A stretch of 64,000 nt of DNA, from NCBI RefSeq assembly GCF_004010195.1, contig NC_057718.1, forward strand, positions 20,666,223-20,730,222, given 5' to 3'. The notes under the pieces were generated by a model. The model did no database searches. It saw only the letters and a program-made list of their open reading frames with translations, and was not told where the DNA came from. The DNA comes from Chiloscyllium plagiosum. Lineage: Eukaryota. Positions 25,708 through 38,082 of this stretch are shown here, one piece after another. Each line of letters starts with the position of its first letter. The first letter of the stretch is position 1. Position numbers and translations under genes: made by a program.

Positions 25708-26259
25708 CTAACATTTACACCACTCCATTGTCAAGCAATGGCCATCTCCAACATAAGCAAATCTAATCACTACCTTTGACATTCAATAGCATTACCACCA
25801 CTGAATCCCCTGGACTCATCTGGACTAGTCATATAAGTACTGTAGCTACAAGAGCTCATCAAAAGCTTTGCATCCTACAGACAGTAATCAACTCCTGACT
25901 CCCCAAAGCTGTCCAACATCTACAAGGCACAAGTCAAGACTGTAATGAAATATTTGCCAGTTGCCTGGATAAGTGCAATTTCAAACACACTCAAGAGCTT
26001 GACATCATCCAGGACAAAGCAGGCCACTTGATTGGTACAACATGCCTCCACATAATATTCACTCCCGCCACTACCAACATTCACTAGCAGCAGTATGTAC
26101 CAGCTTCAAGATTGTGGTGCAGAAATTCACCTGTGCTCCTTAGACAACACCTTCCAAACCCAAAACCCTCAAAGCTCAAATAGTGCATAGCAACCTTTTC
26201 TGGGGCATCATAATCAAATGCTCTTGAAAAATCAAAATACACTAAATCTACTGATCTCT

Positions 26260-26510
26260 CTTTAGGTTTTCTCTGAGGGTAATGAACCTATGGAATTCTT
26301 TACTACAGAAAGCTTATGGAGGCTGGCGTTTTGAGTACATTCAAGGCTGAGATAGACAGATTTTTAATCAGTAAGGGAATCTAGCGTTATGAGGAAAAAA
26401 TTAGAAAAGTGGGATTGATGATTATCAGCTCAACCATAATATCACAGAATCATGGAGTAGAGATGATGGGTCAAATAGCCCACTTCCGCTCCTACATCTT
26501 CCAGTTTCAT
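26260..26510 (+). mobile_element. CR1 3' end fragment
   Basis: VMNLWNSL..FKAEIDRFL followed by a 3' UTR like 25080-25248. Confidence 0.65.
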
Positions 26511-26674
26511 GATCAAACCATCCTGCTTGTTATGTCTTCAAAGAATTTGATGGGATGACCTGAATTAAACAGGTCATCCCATCAACTGATCCCTTCTAAC
26601 CTGCTTGTTTTTTTTTCCTAAGTGTTTCTATTACGCCTTCCTATAACAGCCTAAGCTTTTTGTAATCTTCCTGT

Positions 26675-27165
26675 CAAAGTGTATAACTTCACATTGTTCC
26701 ACATTATATTCCTTCTGCCAAGTTTTTGCTCACTGCTTAATCTCTCTGTAGACCCTGCACCTTCCCAAATATTTTTGTGTCATTCACAAATTTGTCTATA
26801 TAATACATTCATTTTCCCATCCAAGTCGTTAATATATATTGTAAATAATTGTGGCCCCAACACTGAACTCTGTAGTACTCCACTAGTTACAGATTGCCTG
26901 AAAATTCTCCTTTATCCTAACTCCCTGTTTTCTAATGGCCAGCCAATTCTCTACCTATGTTAATATATTACCCCACATTGTGGTCTCTTAATAGATTAAA
27001 TATCCTAAAATATCCTTATCAAATATCTTCTGAAAATCTAAATATATTATATCAACTGGTCCTCTTTATCTAACCTCCTTGTTACCTTCTCAAAGAATTC
27101 TAATAAATTCATTAGATATGATTTCCTATTCATGATGCCATATTGATTTTGCTTAATCATATTAA
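26675..27165 (-). mobile_element. CR1 RT fragment
   Basis: Minus strand GVLQSSVLGPQLFTIYINDLD and a decayed KFxDDTK. Confidence 0.65.
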
Positions 27166-27167
27166 TA

Positions 27168-27493
27168 CAGGTAGAAGATCCTTTTATCCGAAATGCTCGG
27201 GACCAGCTGGTTTTTGGAATTCAGAATTTTTCAGTTTTCAGAATAAATAAGTTTAATGATGAAATTTTTAAAAATCTTACCGGAGGAGCAGACTTCTAAG
27301 TAAGAATATGCTTGCCACGCACCCCTGTCCCCCCAACCCCAAACGTCGCATCTGAGTTAAATGGTTCGAGTGGGTGTTGACATGGGTTAACTGTCTGCTT
27401 GCCAAACAACCTTGTTAATGAAAAACAAAATTCACAAAAAAACCTTCGGATTTTGGAGCTTTTTGGATGTTCAGCTAAAGGATCTTCTACCTG
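27168..27493. mobile_element. Tc1/mariner (pogo/Tigger-like) MITE, 326 bp
   Basis: Perfect 17-bp TIR CAGGTAGAAGATCCTTT / AAAGGATCTTCTACCTG, with TA on both sides. Confidence 0.88.
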
Positions 27494-27874
27494 TACTTAA
27501 TACTTACCTTAAGACTGGATTGCCATGTTTTTCTAGGCTGCAAATTAAAGTGTTGAGTTAATGTCAGATTTGCACTTCCTCCAATTATCATTTTAACATT
27601 TATTAATGGAAAATCAAAAATCTAGATGTATGATAGATTGAAGCAGTGACTTCCACACCCTAATTGAGCTGGCACCATGACAAAACATGCTCTTTACTGT
27701 CAGCCAACAGTCCTATTCCTATATTCAGTCATTTGTTCCTCTTCAAATTTCTTTTAAAATTAATTTAATTCATGTTGAATTTGTTTAACATCAGATTTTT
27801 CTTGTATAAAAATAAAAATAAATGGTCATAGTCTGATGATTATTATCCCAATGGCATTGTAACCTCTCCTGATA

Positions 27875-28310
27875 CTATAGAATTATAGAATGGTGATAGC
27901 ACAGACAAAGGTTGTCTGGTTTCTAGAGCGCATGCACACTCTTTGCAATAGCAATCCAAATGGTTTTGTAGCACTCACCCTTCCCCCCATAGCCTACAAT
28001 TTAATTGCCTAGGTGTACTTACTTAATTCACTACTGAAAGTCTTGATTGAATCTATTTTTGATCACCCTTTCAGGCAGAGTACTTCAGATCATAGCCACT
28101 TGCTGCATGAAAACATATTTCCTCATGTTGCCCTAGGATCTTTTGTTAATCAACTTTAATTGATATTTCTGGTTTTGGATTATACCACCAATAGGAACAG
28201 ATTCTCTTTGTATACTCCAATTAGGAAACTCCTGATTGTGAACACCGCTTTGAAATCTCTTCTCCTGCCTATTCTGCTCTGATCAAAGTCCCTTGCTTCT
28301 TCAATATATT
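27875..28310 (-). mobile_element. Old CR1 3' fragment
   Basis: (ATAGAAT)n tail and decayed ORF2 C-terminus similar to 56945-57280. Confidence 0.5.
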
Positions 28311-28416
28311 AATTTACTGTTTCTTACGGCATGGACAAGTTGGACCGAAAGGTCTGTTTCTGTGCTGTACATCTCTATGACTTACAAAATTTACTTCTTG
28401 GTATATTCCTATTTAA

Positions 28417-28513
28417 GCTGAAAAATGTGTTGCTGGAAAAGCGCAGCAGGTCAGGCAGCATCCAAGGAGCAGGAGAATCGACGTTTCGGGCATAAGCCCT
28501 TCTTCAGGAATTC
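28417..28513 (-). mobile_element. Solo Penelope-type terminus with intact hammerhead core
   Basis: Minus strand GGAATTCCTGAAGAAGGGCTTATGCCCGAAACGTCGATTCTCC; TATATTCCTATTTAA duplicated at 28402-28416 and 28535-28549. Confidence 0.8.
28480..28507 (-). ncRNA. Minimal hammerhead ribozyme motif
   Basis: CTGAAGA-A-GGGC-TTAT-GCCC-GAAAC-GTC. Confidence 0.75.
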
Positions 28514-29819
28514 CTATATTCCTGTTCCTATTCCTATATTCCTATTTAATATGAAGCTTTACTGTTTTTTGTCTCCTCATACATTTCCTTAACATCATAG
28601 CATTATTTCCCAGAGGTAAAACTGGCAACTGGGAACTTAGCCATGGTTTTAGATCTAGATGTTGGATCTCTAACTAACAAACAATTAGGAAATGGGCAAG
28701 AGCAATTCAGAGTGATTCATTTGCCAATTCTCCATTGAATCACCTATAATATAAAATTGGCTGTAAACATATGGCTGTGTTTACAACATATTTCTATTGA
28801 GCAAAATGTTTAATTACTTGTCGCAAACAATTATCCTCAAGAGAATCCTATTCGAAGCAGGCAATATCAAGTGCAAATATGAAATGCAGCCAAACAAATT
28901 AAAAAGTAAAAACAATTAAAAATTGAAGTAGCTTCCCGGCCACTTAATTTAGATCATATAAATATAATTCACAGTTACATTGCCAGAAAACTAGAAATTC
29001 CTCCATTTTTCATTGGGAAATGGAAATTAGCTGTTTCACCCTTGTCCAAATCTCCATGCCTTGCCTCCGAATTCAGCATTCTCCCAACTGCTTGGTTCTA
29101 TTGCATAATGGTCTGGAACGGTTAATATTGAGGAGTACCTTAAGCAGCACCCACTATGTTGCTCTCATAAGCACTTGTGGGCTGAACAGCTTAGGACCAT
29201 GTTGGAGTAAGACCTAAAATCTAGGGCTTCTTCACATTCTCTGTAAATTGTCTATTATATTAATATAACCTGGAACTAGTCACTAACCTGCAATATAAAC
29301 TGTCTTTTGTTCAATACAAGCGCTTCTTGAAGTTAAATCAATGAGTAGTTTTCCTCTACTGTTAAAGTCCTATAGATCCCTCGACTTAACGAGGATGGTG
29401 GCAGCTAATCCATCACATGCTGTGGTGCTGATTCTATTCAGCTGCATATACAACATGGTGAGCAGCAGGTGCAGATTTCATTCAGCTGGCAGTGGTGGAA
29501 TTCTGAAGATATTCCAATATCCACACGCTCACCTTTAAGTCTCCTGCTCGTGCCGTCAGCAGAGAAGAACTGAACATTTAGAATTTTACAGAAAAACCCT
29601 CATGATAAGAGTCAACACAGAAGAATCTACATTCAATGGCAATAATAAGACATGTTTTGCAAGATATTCCCTGGAGAAGGAGAATTTAGTTACTCCAAAG
29701 AAGATGATTCAGGCATTGCATGGTGGTATTCTATTGAATCAGTCTCCAGTAGGGTTTAACTGGAGAATGGACAGATGTTGGAGACTCCTTGACTAAGTTG
29801 GAATGTTCAATGGATGAGG

Positions 29820-30030
29820 AGAAACTTTAGGCACTGGCACAGTATTACAGGCCGTTCAGGGTGGTGTGCTGGCAGGACGTCCTCTTCCCAGGATCCGCAG
29901 TGAAGGTTACAACACCAGACCATGCCAGCCTGGTCCAAGGTTGTCAACGAGGTTAGAGTCAATTGTTTGGAGGAATGCCCAGCACTGGAAGAAGTGGTTA
30001 ATATCTTTCTCCACTTTGCCAGTATAAGTG
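29820..30030 (+). pseudogene. Myb/SANT-like (trihelix) protein remnant, probably from a Harbinger transposon
   Basis: Broken frames LQAVQG..QDVLFP..HQTMPAWSKVVNEV..RNAQHWKK..VNIFLH resemble the W..VA..V...R...QC.KK.NDL pattern. Confidence 0.5.
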
Positions 30031-33000
30031 CCATCACCTTTCCTCTGATACTTCACACTCACTCTAGCTTTAATGTCAACCTTCATTAAGGCTCATTCTT
30101 CACATTGTCACAATTGTCTACAATATCTTCCCTCACTCACTGTAACCCACACAACCATCAACACCGCAAAGGCTACATGCCCTCCATTATTAAACTATAA
30201 GGCCATTAGATATAAGAGCAGAATTAAGCCATTTGGCCCATCAAGTCTGGACTGCCATTTGATCATGGCTGATATGTTTCTCAACCACATTATCCTTCCT
30301 TCTCCACGTAACTTTTGATTCCCTTACCAATCAAGAACCAATCTGTTTCTGAGTAAAATGACTTCGTCTCCATAGTCTTCTATAGCAATGTGTTTCACAG
30401 ACTCAATACCCTCTGGCTGAAGAGAGTCCTCTTCAGCCCAGTTCTAAAGAGTCATCCCTTCATTCCAAAGCTGCGTCCTTGGGTCCTAGCCTTTCAGATT
30501 CGTGGAAACATCTTCTCCAAGAGTCAAGATGTGTTGCCTAACTTTTAGCTCCTCACCCCTCATGAGGAGAGTATCTGGACTCTGACCAACCTGTTACTCC
30601 TCACTGGGGTAATTCACTGGAAATGAAGTTCTGCTATTCCTGCAGTCATCACAGAGGTTAAACATTTTGTAAGTGTAGAGAATTCCCCAATGTACCTGCC
30701 CATCACACCCAGGCTGAAAGCACAGACCAGATTTCTGTTCCAAACAAGAATGATTATTTATTTCAAAGAAATAGATTCTAAATACAGATAAGTCATTATG
30801 AAACATTGATGCATAACTCTACAAGTTAAAGCTTTAATTCCCTAGTCCCCTTGTATACACACAGGCAGATAAAGACAGGGAAAAAGTATGGATGAAGAAA
30901 AAGTCTGGGAAGGTAGTTCAGAGTTCCTTGTCCACAGGATTTGCAGAAATGATTCTTGTACTGATCAGAATGCTGCTTCTCGATCTTCCTTTTCCAGATA
31001 TTTTCATCCATTTCCAGGAGGCACAGGATGACTCACTTCCACTGATAAAGATCTTTGACTTGTCAATTAAAAGTCACAACTTACATCAACTGGAAAGGGA
31101 AACAAACTGGCTTTCTTCAGGCTCAAGATGCTTTTTACAGAAACAGCTTCTTCTCCTCCAGAGGTTCAATGGTTTTTGCCTAAGTTGTTCAGCCACCTGG
31201 AACCAATCACACAGTCGTTGGTAGGCAGATCTTGATAACTAGTCAATAGTCTGTAGACCAATCAGTTATTTGTTGCTGGCTAAAGCTCCATCTCTTGGCT
31301 CCAGCTCATCTATAAACAAGTCTTCTGCTTGAACAAACAATTGAGTAAACAGTACTTACAATGAGTACCAGATTCCTAGTTTTTAAAGAATACAGCAATC
31401 CTTGGTTTTGAAAGCAGCTCATATCCTATTTCAACCCGGAATCAAAATTGCAGAAAAATTGCCAACTGAACCTAAACAGAATCGTGAACTAGGACTCCCA
31501 AGTCCCTCTGTGCTTCAGATTTTCAAAATCATTCCCCATTTAATAAATAGTTTATGTCTCTAATCTTCCTACAAAGTGCACAACCTCATAGTTTTCTATA
31601 TTGTATTCCATCTACCAGTTCTTTGCCCATTCTCCTAGCCTGTCCAAGTCCTACTGCAGCCTCCCACCTCCTGAACAATACCCGCCCCTCCACCTATCTT
31701 TGTGCCATCTGCAAGCGGAGCAATGTTGCTCTAAGTTCCTTATCCAGATTATTCATGTACAACGTGAATAATTGTAGTCCCAACACAAACCCTGCAGAAC
31801 TCCACTACTCACCAGCTGCCATCCCAAAAAAGACCCCTTTACAACACTCCCTGCCTTCTGCCAGTCGGCCAATCCTCTATCCATGCCAGTGCCTTGCCAC
31901 TAACACTTTTATCTTATTTAGCAGCCTCCTGTGTGACACCTTGTCAAAGGCCTTCTGCAAATTCAAACACATCACACATACTTGCTTGTTATCTCTTCAA
32001 CGAATTCCAGCATATTTGTCAGGCATGACCTCCCTTTGACAAAGCTGTGCTGATTCAGCCTATTTTACCATACACTTCCAAGTCCCCTGTAATCTAAAAT
32101 CTTACCTACAACTAAGGTCAAGCTAACCAGCCTATAATTTCCTGTTTTCTGCTTCCCTCCATTCTTAAACAAAACTATCACTTTAGCTAATTTCCATTTC
32201 TCTAGACCCTCTCTGATTCCAGTGATTCAAGAAAGATCACTACCAATACCTCCACAATCTTCTCATCATCTCCTTCAGAACCCTGGGTGTAGTTTATCTA
32301 TGTACCCTCAATTTATCCACCTTCAGACCTTTGAGCATCCCCAGCACCTTCTCCTTAGTGATGGCCACCATACTGCCCTTTGATTCTCTTGAAGTTCTGG
32401 AATGCTACTGAGTCTTTCACTGTGAAGACTGATGCAAAGTATCTATTCAGTTCCTCTATTATTTCTTTGATCCCCATTACAACTTCTCCAGCCTTCTTTT
32501 CAAGTAACTTGATGTCCACTCTTGCCTTTACCTTACCTCTTGTAGATTAAAAATAAACTCTTGCAGTCTCCTTTCATATTACAAACTCACCCACCTCTTT
32601 ATCTTCATATTTCATCTTCCCACTTCTTATTGCATTTTAGTTACCCTCTGCTATTTTTAAAAGGTTTCCCAATCCTCTGGTTTCCCACTAGTCTTCACCA
32701 CATTGTATGCTTTTGCTCTTATGCTGCCCCTCACTTCCTCTGTCAGCCATAGTTGCTTCATCCTCCCTTTAGAATGTTAATTGCTCCTAGTTGCTGTGCC
32801 ACTTGAATTACCCCTGAAACACCTGCCATTGCTGCTCTACCGTCCTCCCTACTAGGATCCCTTCCAATCAACTTTGTCCATCTCCTCTTTCATGTCTTTG
32901 TGGTTACCTTTACTCAACTGCAATACCATTGCTTTTGATTCCAGCCTCTGCCTCTCAAAATACAGGGTGAGTTTTGTCATATTATGATCACTGCTCCCTT

Positions 33001-33273
33001 GGAGTTCCTTCATCTTAGGCTCCCTAATCAAGTTTGCCTCATAACACATCACCAAAATCCAGAATTACTTGTTCCCTAGTGGGGTCTACTGCAAGCTGCT
33101 CCAAAAAACCACAAATCTTTTTTCTTGAGATCCCCCGCTAACCTGATTTTCCCAGTTCACCTGCATATTGAAGTACCCCATGATTATTGTAATAGTGCCT
33201 TTCTTACAATAATATTCTATCCCCTGATTTGTTTTCTTCCCAATATCCTGACTACTACTCAGGGACCTGTATA

Positions 33274-34466
33274 TTCCAGTCAAGATGGTGGTGGAGTAGA
33301 ATGCTCCAACTGGATCCCCTCCACTCCTTCTGTTTATTTCCCATTTTCTTCTCTTTTTTCTCCCTCTTTGATCCCTCTTGGTGTTCTCTCCTGAGGTGGA
33401 GTGGGCTAGAGGCATGGAGTAGAGTGGGCTGGAGGCCCGACGGAGCAGGGATGGTGGGCAGGCTGGAGGCCTGAGCGAAGCAGGGATGGCCGGCAGGCTG
33501 GAGGCCCGAAGGAGCAGGGATGGCAGGCAGGCTGGAGGCCTGAGCGAAGCAGGGATGGCCGGCAGGCTGGAGGCCCGATGGAGCAGGGATGGCAGGCAGG
33601 CTGGAGGCCTGAGCAAAGCAGGGATGGCCAACGGGCTGGAGGCCTGATTGAAGCAGGGATAGCCAGCGGGTTGGAGGTCTGAGTGAAGCAGGGATAGCCA
33701 GCGGGTTGGAGGTCTGAGTGAAGCAGGGATGGCCAGCGGGTTGGAAGCCTGATCGAAGCAGGGATGGCCAGTGGGCTGGAGGTCTGAGTGAAACAGGGAT
33801 GGCCAGTGGGCTGGAGGTCTGAGTGAAGGAGGGATGGCCATTGGGCTGGAGTCCTGAGTGGAGCAGGAATGACCATTGGGCTGGAGGCCTGAGTGGAGCA
33901 GAGACAGCTATCAGGCTGGAGGCCTGAAAAGAGCAGGGACAGCCGACAGGCTAGAGCCCCGAGCGCAGCAGGGACAGCTGGAGGCTTGTGGGAGCAAGAA
34001 CAGCCAGTAGGTCATCTGTGGAGCAGTGGCCACCAGCAGGCTGGGGACTCACATGGAGGGGGGACAGACAATCATCTGGAGGCCAGTGGGCTGGAGGCCT
34101 GAATGGAGCAGGATTATAGCTGGACTGGGGACTGGTGCGGGTGGTCAGTGGCTTGTAAACTTGGACAAACCATGTGTGGGAGCCCATTGTGCTAATCTAC
34201 TGCTGTCCTTTATGGAAAGACTGTCATTTTTTTTTCAAAGTTTATTCTCATTTTTCTAACTTATACTATGAACAACGATAAGTAAGTAACATTTGTTTTC
34301 CTTTTTTTTCCCTTCATTTCTGTATTTTGTATCTAAGGTCTGTACCTAGGTATTTTGTACCTAAGATGGCACCACAAGGGGCAAGATTTTGAACTTTTCA
34401 CTGTTCTCCCGTCCTTCTGTACTTGAGTACACATGACAATAAAGGATGTTCTAATTCTAATTCTAA
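33274..34466 (+). mobile_element. Non-coding retroposon with internal minisatellite and Rex/Babar-like tail
   Basis: Starts CAAGATGGTGG; ends CTTTTCACTGT...GTACACATGACAATAAA...(TTCTAA)3; interrupts the CR1 colinearly. Confidence 0.6.
33400..34125. repeat. GC-rich minisatellite, unit about 29-32 bp, roughly 20 copies
   Basis: Consensus approximately GGGCTGGAGGCCTGAGTGAAGCAGGGATGGCCA. Confidence 0.92.
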
Positions 34467-35912
34467 TAACTGCAATCATGGTCTTTTTTCTTTTGCAGTT
34501 CCTTAACTCTACCTATGCAGATTCTACACCTTCCAACTATATATTGGTTCTTGCCATCAATTGAATTTCATTTCTTACTAACAAGGCAACCCCGTCCTCT
34601 CGGTCAATCAGCCTGTCCTTTCGATACTCCACCTCCAGTCCTGCATTGACTGTCCCCACTCCAAATAGTTATCCTCTCATCTACTGTCCCTGCAGTTAGA
34701 TTCCTGACCCTTTCCATACTCTGTCCTATTACTTGTTCTGGAAATTTTAATAACCTCTGCTAAGCCTTTACCCCTTCTAACTTAACTTAGTGTCCTTGAG
34801 ACACCCTTCTTATTTAGTCTTTCTACTGGGATCCCAGTCCCAGATCAGTTCAGGTGTAGCCCAACAGTACAGTTCACCCCTGTCCCAATACTGATGCCAG
34901 TCCCTCACGAAATGGAACCCTTCTTTCTCACACCACTCCTTGAGCCATTTGTTTACTTCCTGAGATAGGCCTTGTGAGAATCCTCATTTGATTCTGCCAC
35001 AAATCATGCCATTCGATGTTGCTCTGACTCCTACAATATTTCTAGAAAGATCTAATTTCAAAGATGGATCAAGTAGAATAGAGAATAAGACAAATTGGAG
35101 AAAATGATTTTTAAAATATAGAAAAGCTTCCAAATTTGATACTAAACTGAAAGCTGAACATGTAAATAGACTCTGATATACAATTTGAGCATAGCTGATA
35201 ACACTATAGCTCACCAAGGAGTAAAAGGAGCAACAGGTACTTTTGAAAAAGTCCTGCAAGTTTTTGATGACTACTTTAATTTCAGAACAATTACAAATTT
35301 TGAATGAGCAAGGTATAATAGAAGAATTCAGCATCTTGAAGATATATAATTTCTTGCATAATCTCTACAGATTAGTGGAAATATACAATTGTGGAAATTC
35401 AAAACAGAAATTGCTGATGAGTCTATGTTAGATTTATTACAATCCAAAGAAGACTTGCTTTTTGAGAAAGTCATTAATGGTGAGTGAAGCAGAAGTTTAG
35501 AAGCAACACAAATCAATCCTAGGAGAAGATCATCAATCTTGGCGCAGGAGAAGAACACAGTCCATTCAATTCTTAAGCTACCAAACCACAAATAACACAT
35601 CTAAGGAGACCAGGCAAAAAACACCAAAGGTCCTTGACAATGCTGTGAAGCAAATATATCTCACAGACATTGATAGATTGGAGCAATTAAAAATTAATAC
35701 TTATCTGTTACACAATAGGTAATTTCAGAAAATGTGCTGAAGTAGGACACAGTCTCAGAAAAATAAAAAATTAACAGCTACCCACAAAAAATGACTAATA
35801 AAGTGGAACAGTCTTCAACAGAAAAGAACCCTGTTAGGGTGAAAGAAAAGGCTGGTAGGTCTAGGAAATGCTGGATAACTGAAGAAATTGAGGGTTTGGT
35901 TAAGAAAAAGAA

Positions 35913-36012
35913 GGTTTGGGTAGGGGAATGGGTCTGGGTGGGTTACTCTTCGGAAGGTGGATATCGACTTGTTGGGCCGAAGGGCCTGTTTCCACACTCT
36001 AGAGATTCTAAT
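35913..36012 (+). mobile_element. HE1-type SINE 3' tail fragment
   Basis: GACTTGTTGGGCCGAAGGGCCTGTTTCCACACT tail. Confidence 0.75.
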
Positions 36013-37421
36013 ATGTCAGGTATAGACAGGATAGATCAAGTGAATCCTTAGAAAGGCAGTAGGAGTATACTTACGAGAGAAATTAGGAGGACAAAAAGGG
36101 GACATGAGATAGCTTTCGCAAAGCGAGTTAATGAGAATCCAAAGGGTTCTTACAAATATATTAAGGACAAAAGAGTAACTAGGGAGAGAATAGGGCCCCT
36201 CAAAAATCAGCAAGGCTGCCTTTGTGTAGAACTGCAGGAGATGGGGGAGATACTAAAGTATTTTTCATTGGTATTTGGTGTGGAAAAAGACATGGAAGGT
36301 ATCGAATGTAGGGAAATAGATGGTGACATATTGAAAAATGTCCATATTACAGAGGAAGAAGTGCTGGATGTCTTGAAATGCATAAAAGTGAATAAATCCC
36401 CAGGACCTGATCAGGTGTACCCTAGAACTCTGTGGGAAGCTAAGGAAGTGATTGCTGGGCCTCTTGCTGAGATATTTGTATCATTGACATGTGAGGTGCC
36501 GGAAGACTGGAGTTTGGTTAGTGTGGTGCCACTATTTAAGAAAGGTGGTAAGGACAAGCCAGGGAATTATAGACCAGTGAGCTTGACATCGGTGGGGGGC
36601 AAGTTGTGGAGGGAACCCTGAGGACAGGATGTATGTGTATTAAGAAATCAAGGACTGATTAGGGATAGGCAACATGGTTTTGTGCGTGGGAATCATGTCT
36701 CACAAAGTTGATTGAGTTTTTTGAAGAAGTAACAAAGAGGATTGATGAGGGCAGAATGGTAGATGTGATCTATATGGACTTCAGTAAGGCATTCGACAAG
36801 AGAGGCTGGTTAGCAAAGTTAGATCTCACGGAATACAGGGAGAACTAGCCATTTGGATACAGAACTGTCTCAAAGGTACAAGACAGAGGTTGGTGGTGGA
36901 GGGTTGGTTTTTAGACTGGAGGCCTGTGACCAGTGGAGTGCCACAAGGATTGTTGCTGGGTCCACTACTTTTCATCATTTATGTAAATGATTTGGATGTG
37001 TGCATAAGAGGTATAGTTAATAAGTTTGCAGATGACACCAAAGTTGGAGGTATAGTGGACAGCGAAGAAGGTTACCTTGGATTACAACGGGATCTTGATG
37101 GGCTGAGGAGTGGCAGATGGAGTTTAATTTAGATAAATGTGAGGTGCTGCATTTTGGCAAAGTGAATCTTAGCAGGACTTTTACACTTAATGGTAAGGTT
37201 CTGGGGAGTGTTGCTGAACAAAGAGACCTTGGGTGCAGGTTCATAGCTCCTTGAAAGTAGAGTTGCAGATAGATAGGATAGTGAAGAAGGCATTTAGTTT
37301 GTTTTCTTTTATTGGTCAGATATTGAGTACAGGAGTTGGGTGGTCATGTTGCGGCTGTACAGGGAATTAGTTGGCCACGTTTGGAATATTGCATGCAATT
37401 CTGGTCTCCTTCCTATCGGAA

Positions 37422-37827
37422 AGATGTTGTGAAACTTGAAAGGGTTCAAAAAAGATTTACAAGGATGTTGCCAGGGTTGGAGGATTTGAGGTATAGAGAG
37501 TGATTGAAAAGGCTAGGGCTGTTTTTCCTGAGGCGTCAGAGGCTGAGGGGTAACCTCATAGAGGTTTATAAAATCATGAGGGGCATGGATAGGGTAAATG
37601 GATAAGGTCTTTTCCCTGGGATGGAGATGTTGTGAAACTTGAAAGGGTTCAAAAAAGATTTACAAGGATGTTGCCAGGGTTGGAGGATTTGAGGTATAGA
37701 GAGTGATTGAAAAGGCTAGGGCTGTTTTTCCTGAGGCATCAGAGGCTGAGGGGTAACCTCATAGAGGTTTATAAAATCATGAGGGGCATGGATAGGGTAA
37801 ATGGATAAGGTCTTTTCCCTGGGATGG
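37422..37827. repeat. 203-bp tandem duplication inside CR1
   Basis: 37422-37624 and 37625-37827; only one difference noticed (GGCGTC versus GGCATC). Confidence 0.92.
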
Positions 37828-38082
37828 AGGAGTCCAGAACTAGAGGGCATAGGTTTAGGGTGAGAGGGGAAAGATATAAAAGAGAGCTAAGGGGCAACTT
37901 TTTCACGCAGAGAGTCTTGTGTGTGGACTGAACTGCCAGAGGAAGTGCTGGAGGCTAGTACAACTGCAACATTTAAAAGGCATCTGGATAGGTTTATGAA
38001 TATGAAGTGTTTAGAGGGATATGGGCCAGGTGCTGGCAGGTGGGACTAGATTGGGTTGGGATATCTGGTCGGCATGGACAAG

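Larger units (their letters stand above)
21960..26165 (+). mobile_element. LINE-A (CR1/L2-group) ORF2 remnant, split by nested insertions
   Basis: CPVHKK..SN; AAFEQVWH..AKL*SMGIRRK up to 22308; resumes at 25250 with WLESYL..GVPQG; homologous to 41290-43020. Confidence 0.65.
30195..34960 (-). mobile_element. CR1 LINE, fragmented by insertions
   Basis: 3' UTR at 30195-30520; RT/APE at 31490-33273 (KAFDKVSH, GSSDHN, IIMGYFN); APE N-terminus resumes at 34467. Confidence 0.75.

Noticed and set aside
30590..31490. Possible solo LTR interrupting the CR1 (similar tract at about 8958-10005)
   Set aside because: It is evidently an insertion, but I could not define TG..CA ends, a TSD or a second copy, so I left it unannotated.
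33086..33876. 251-aa and 156-aa repetitive ORFs, or a CRISPR-like array
   Set aside because: The ORFs are a by-product of a stop-poor minisatellite; units are contiguous with no unique spacers, and the DNA is eukaryotic with no cas genes.
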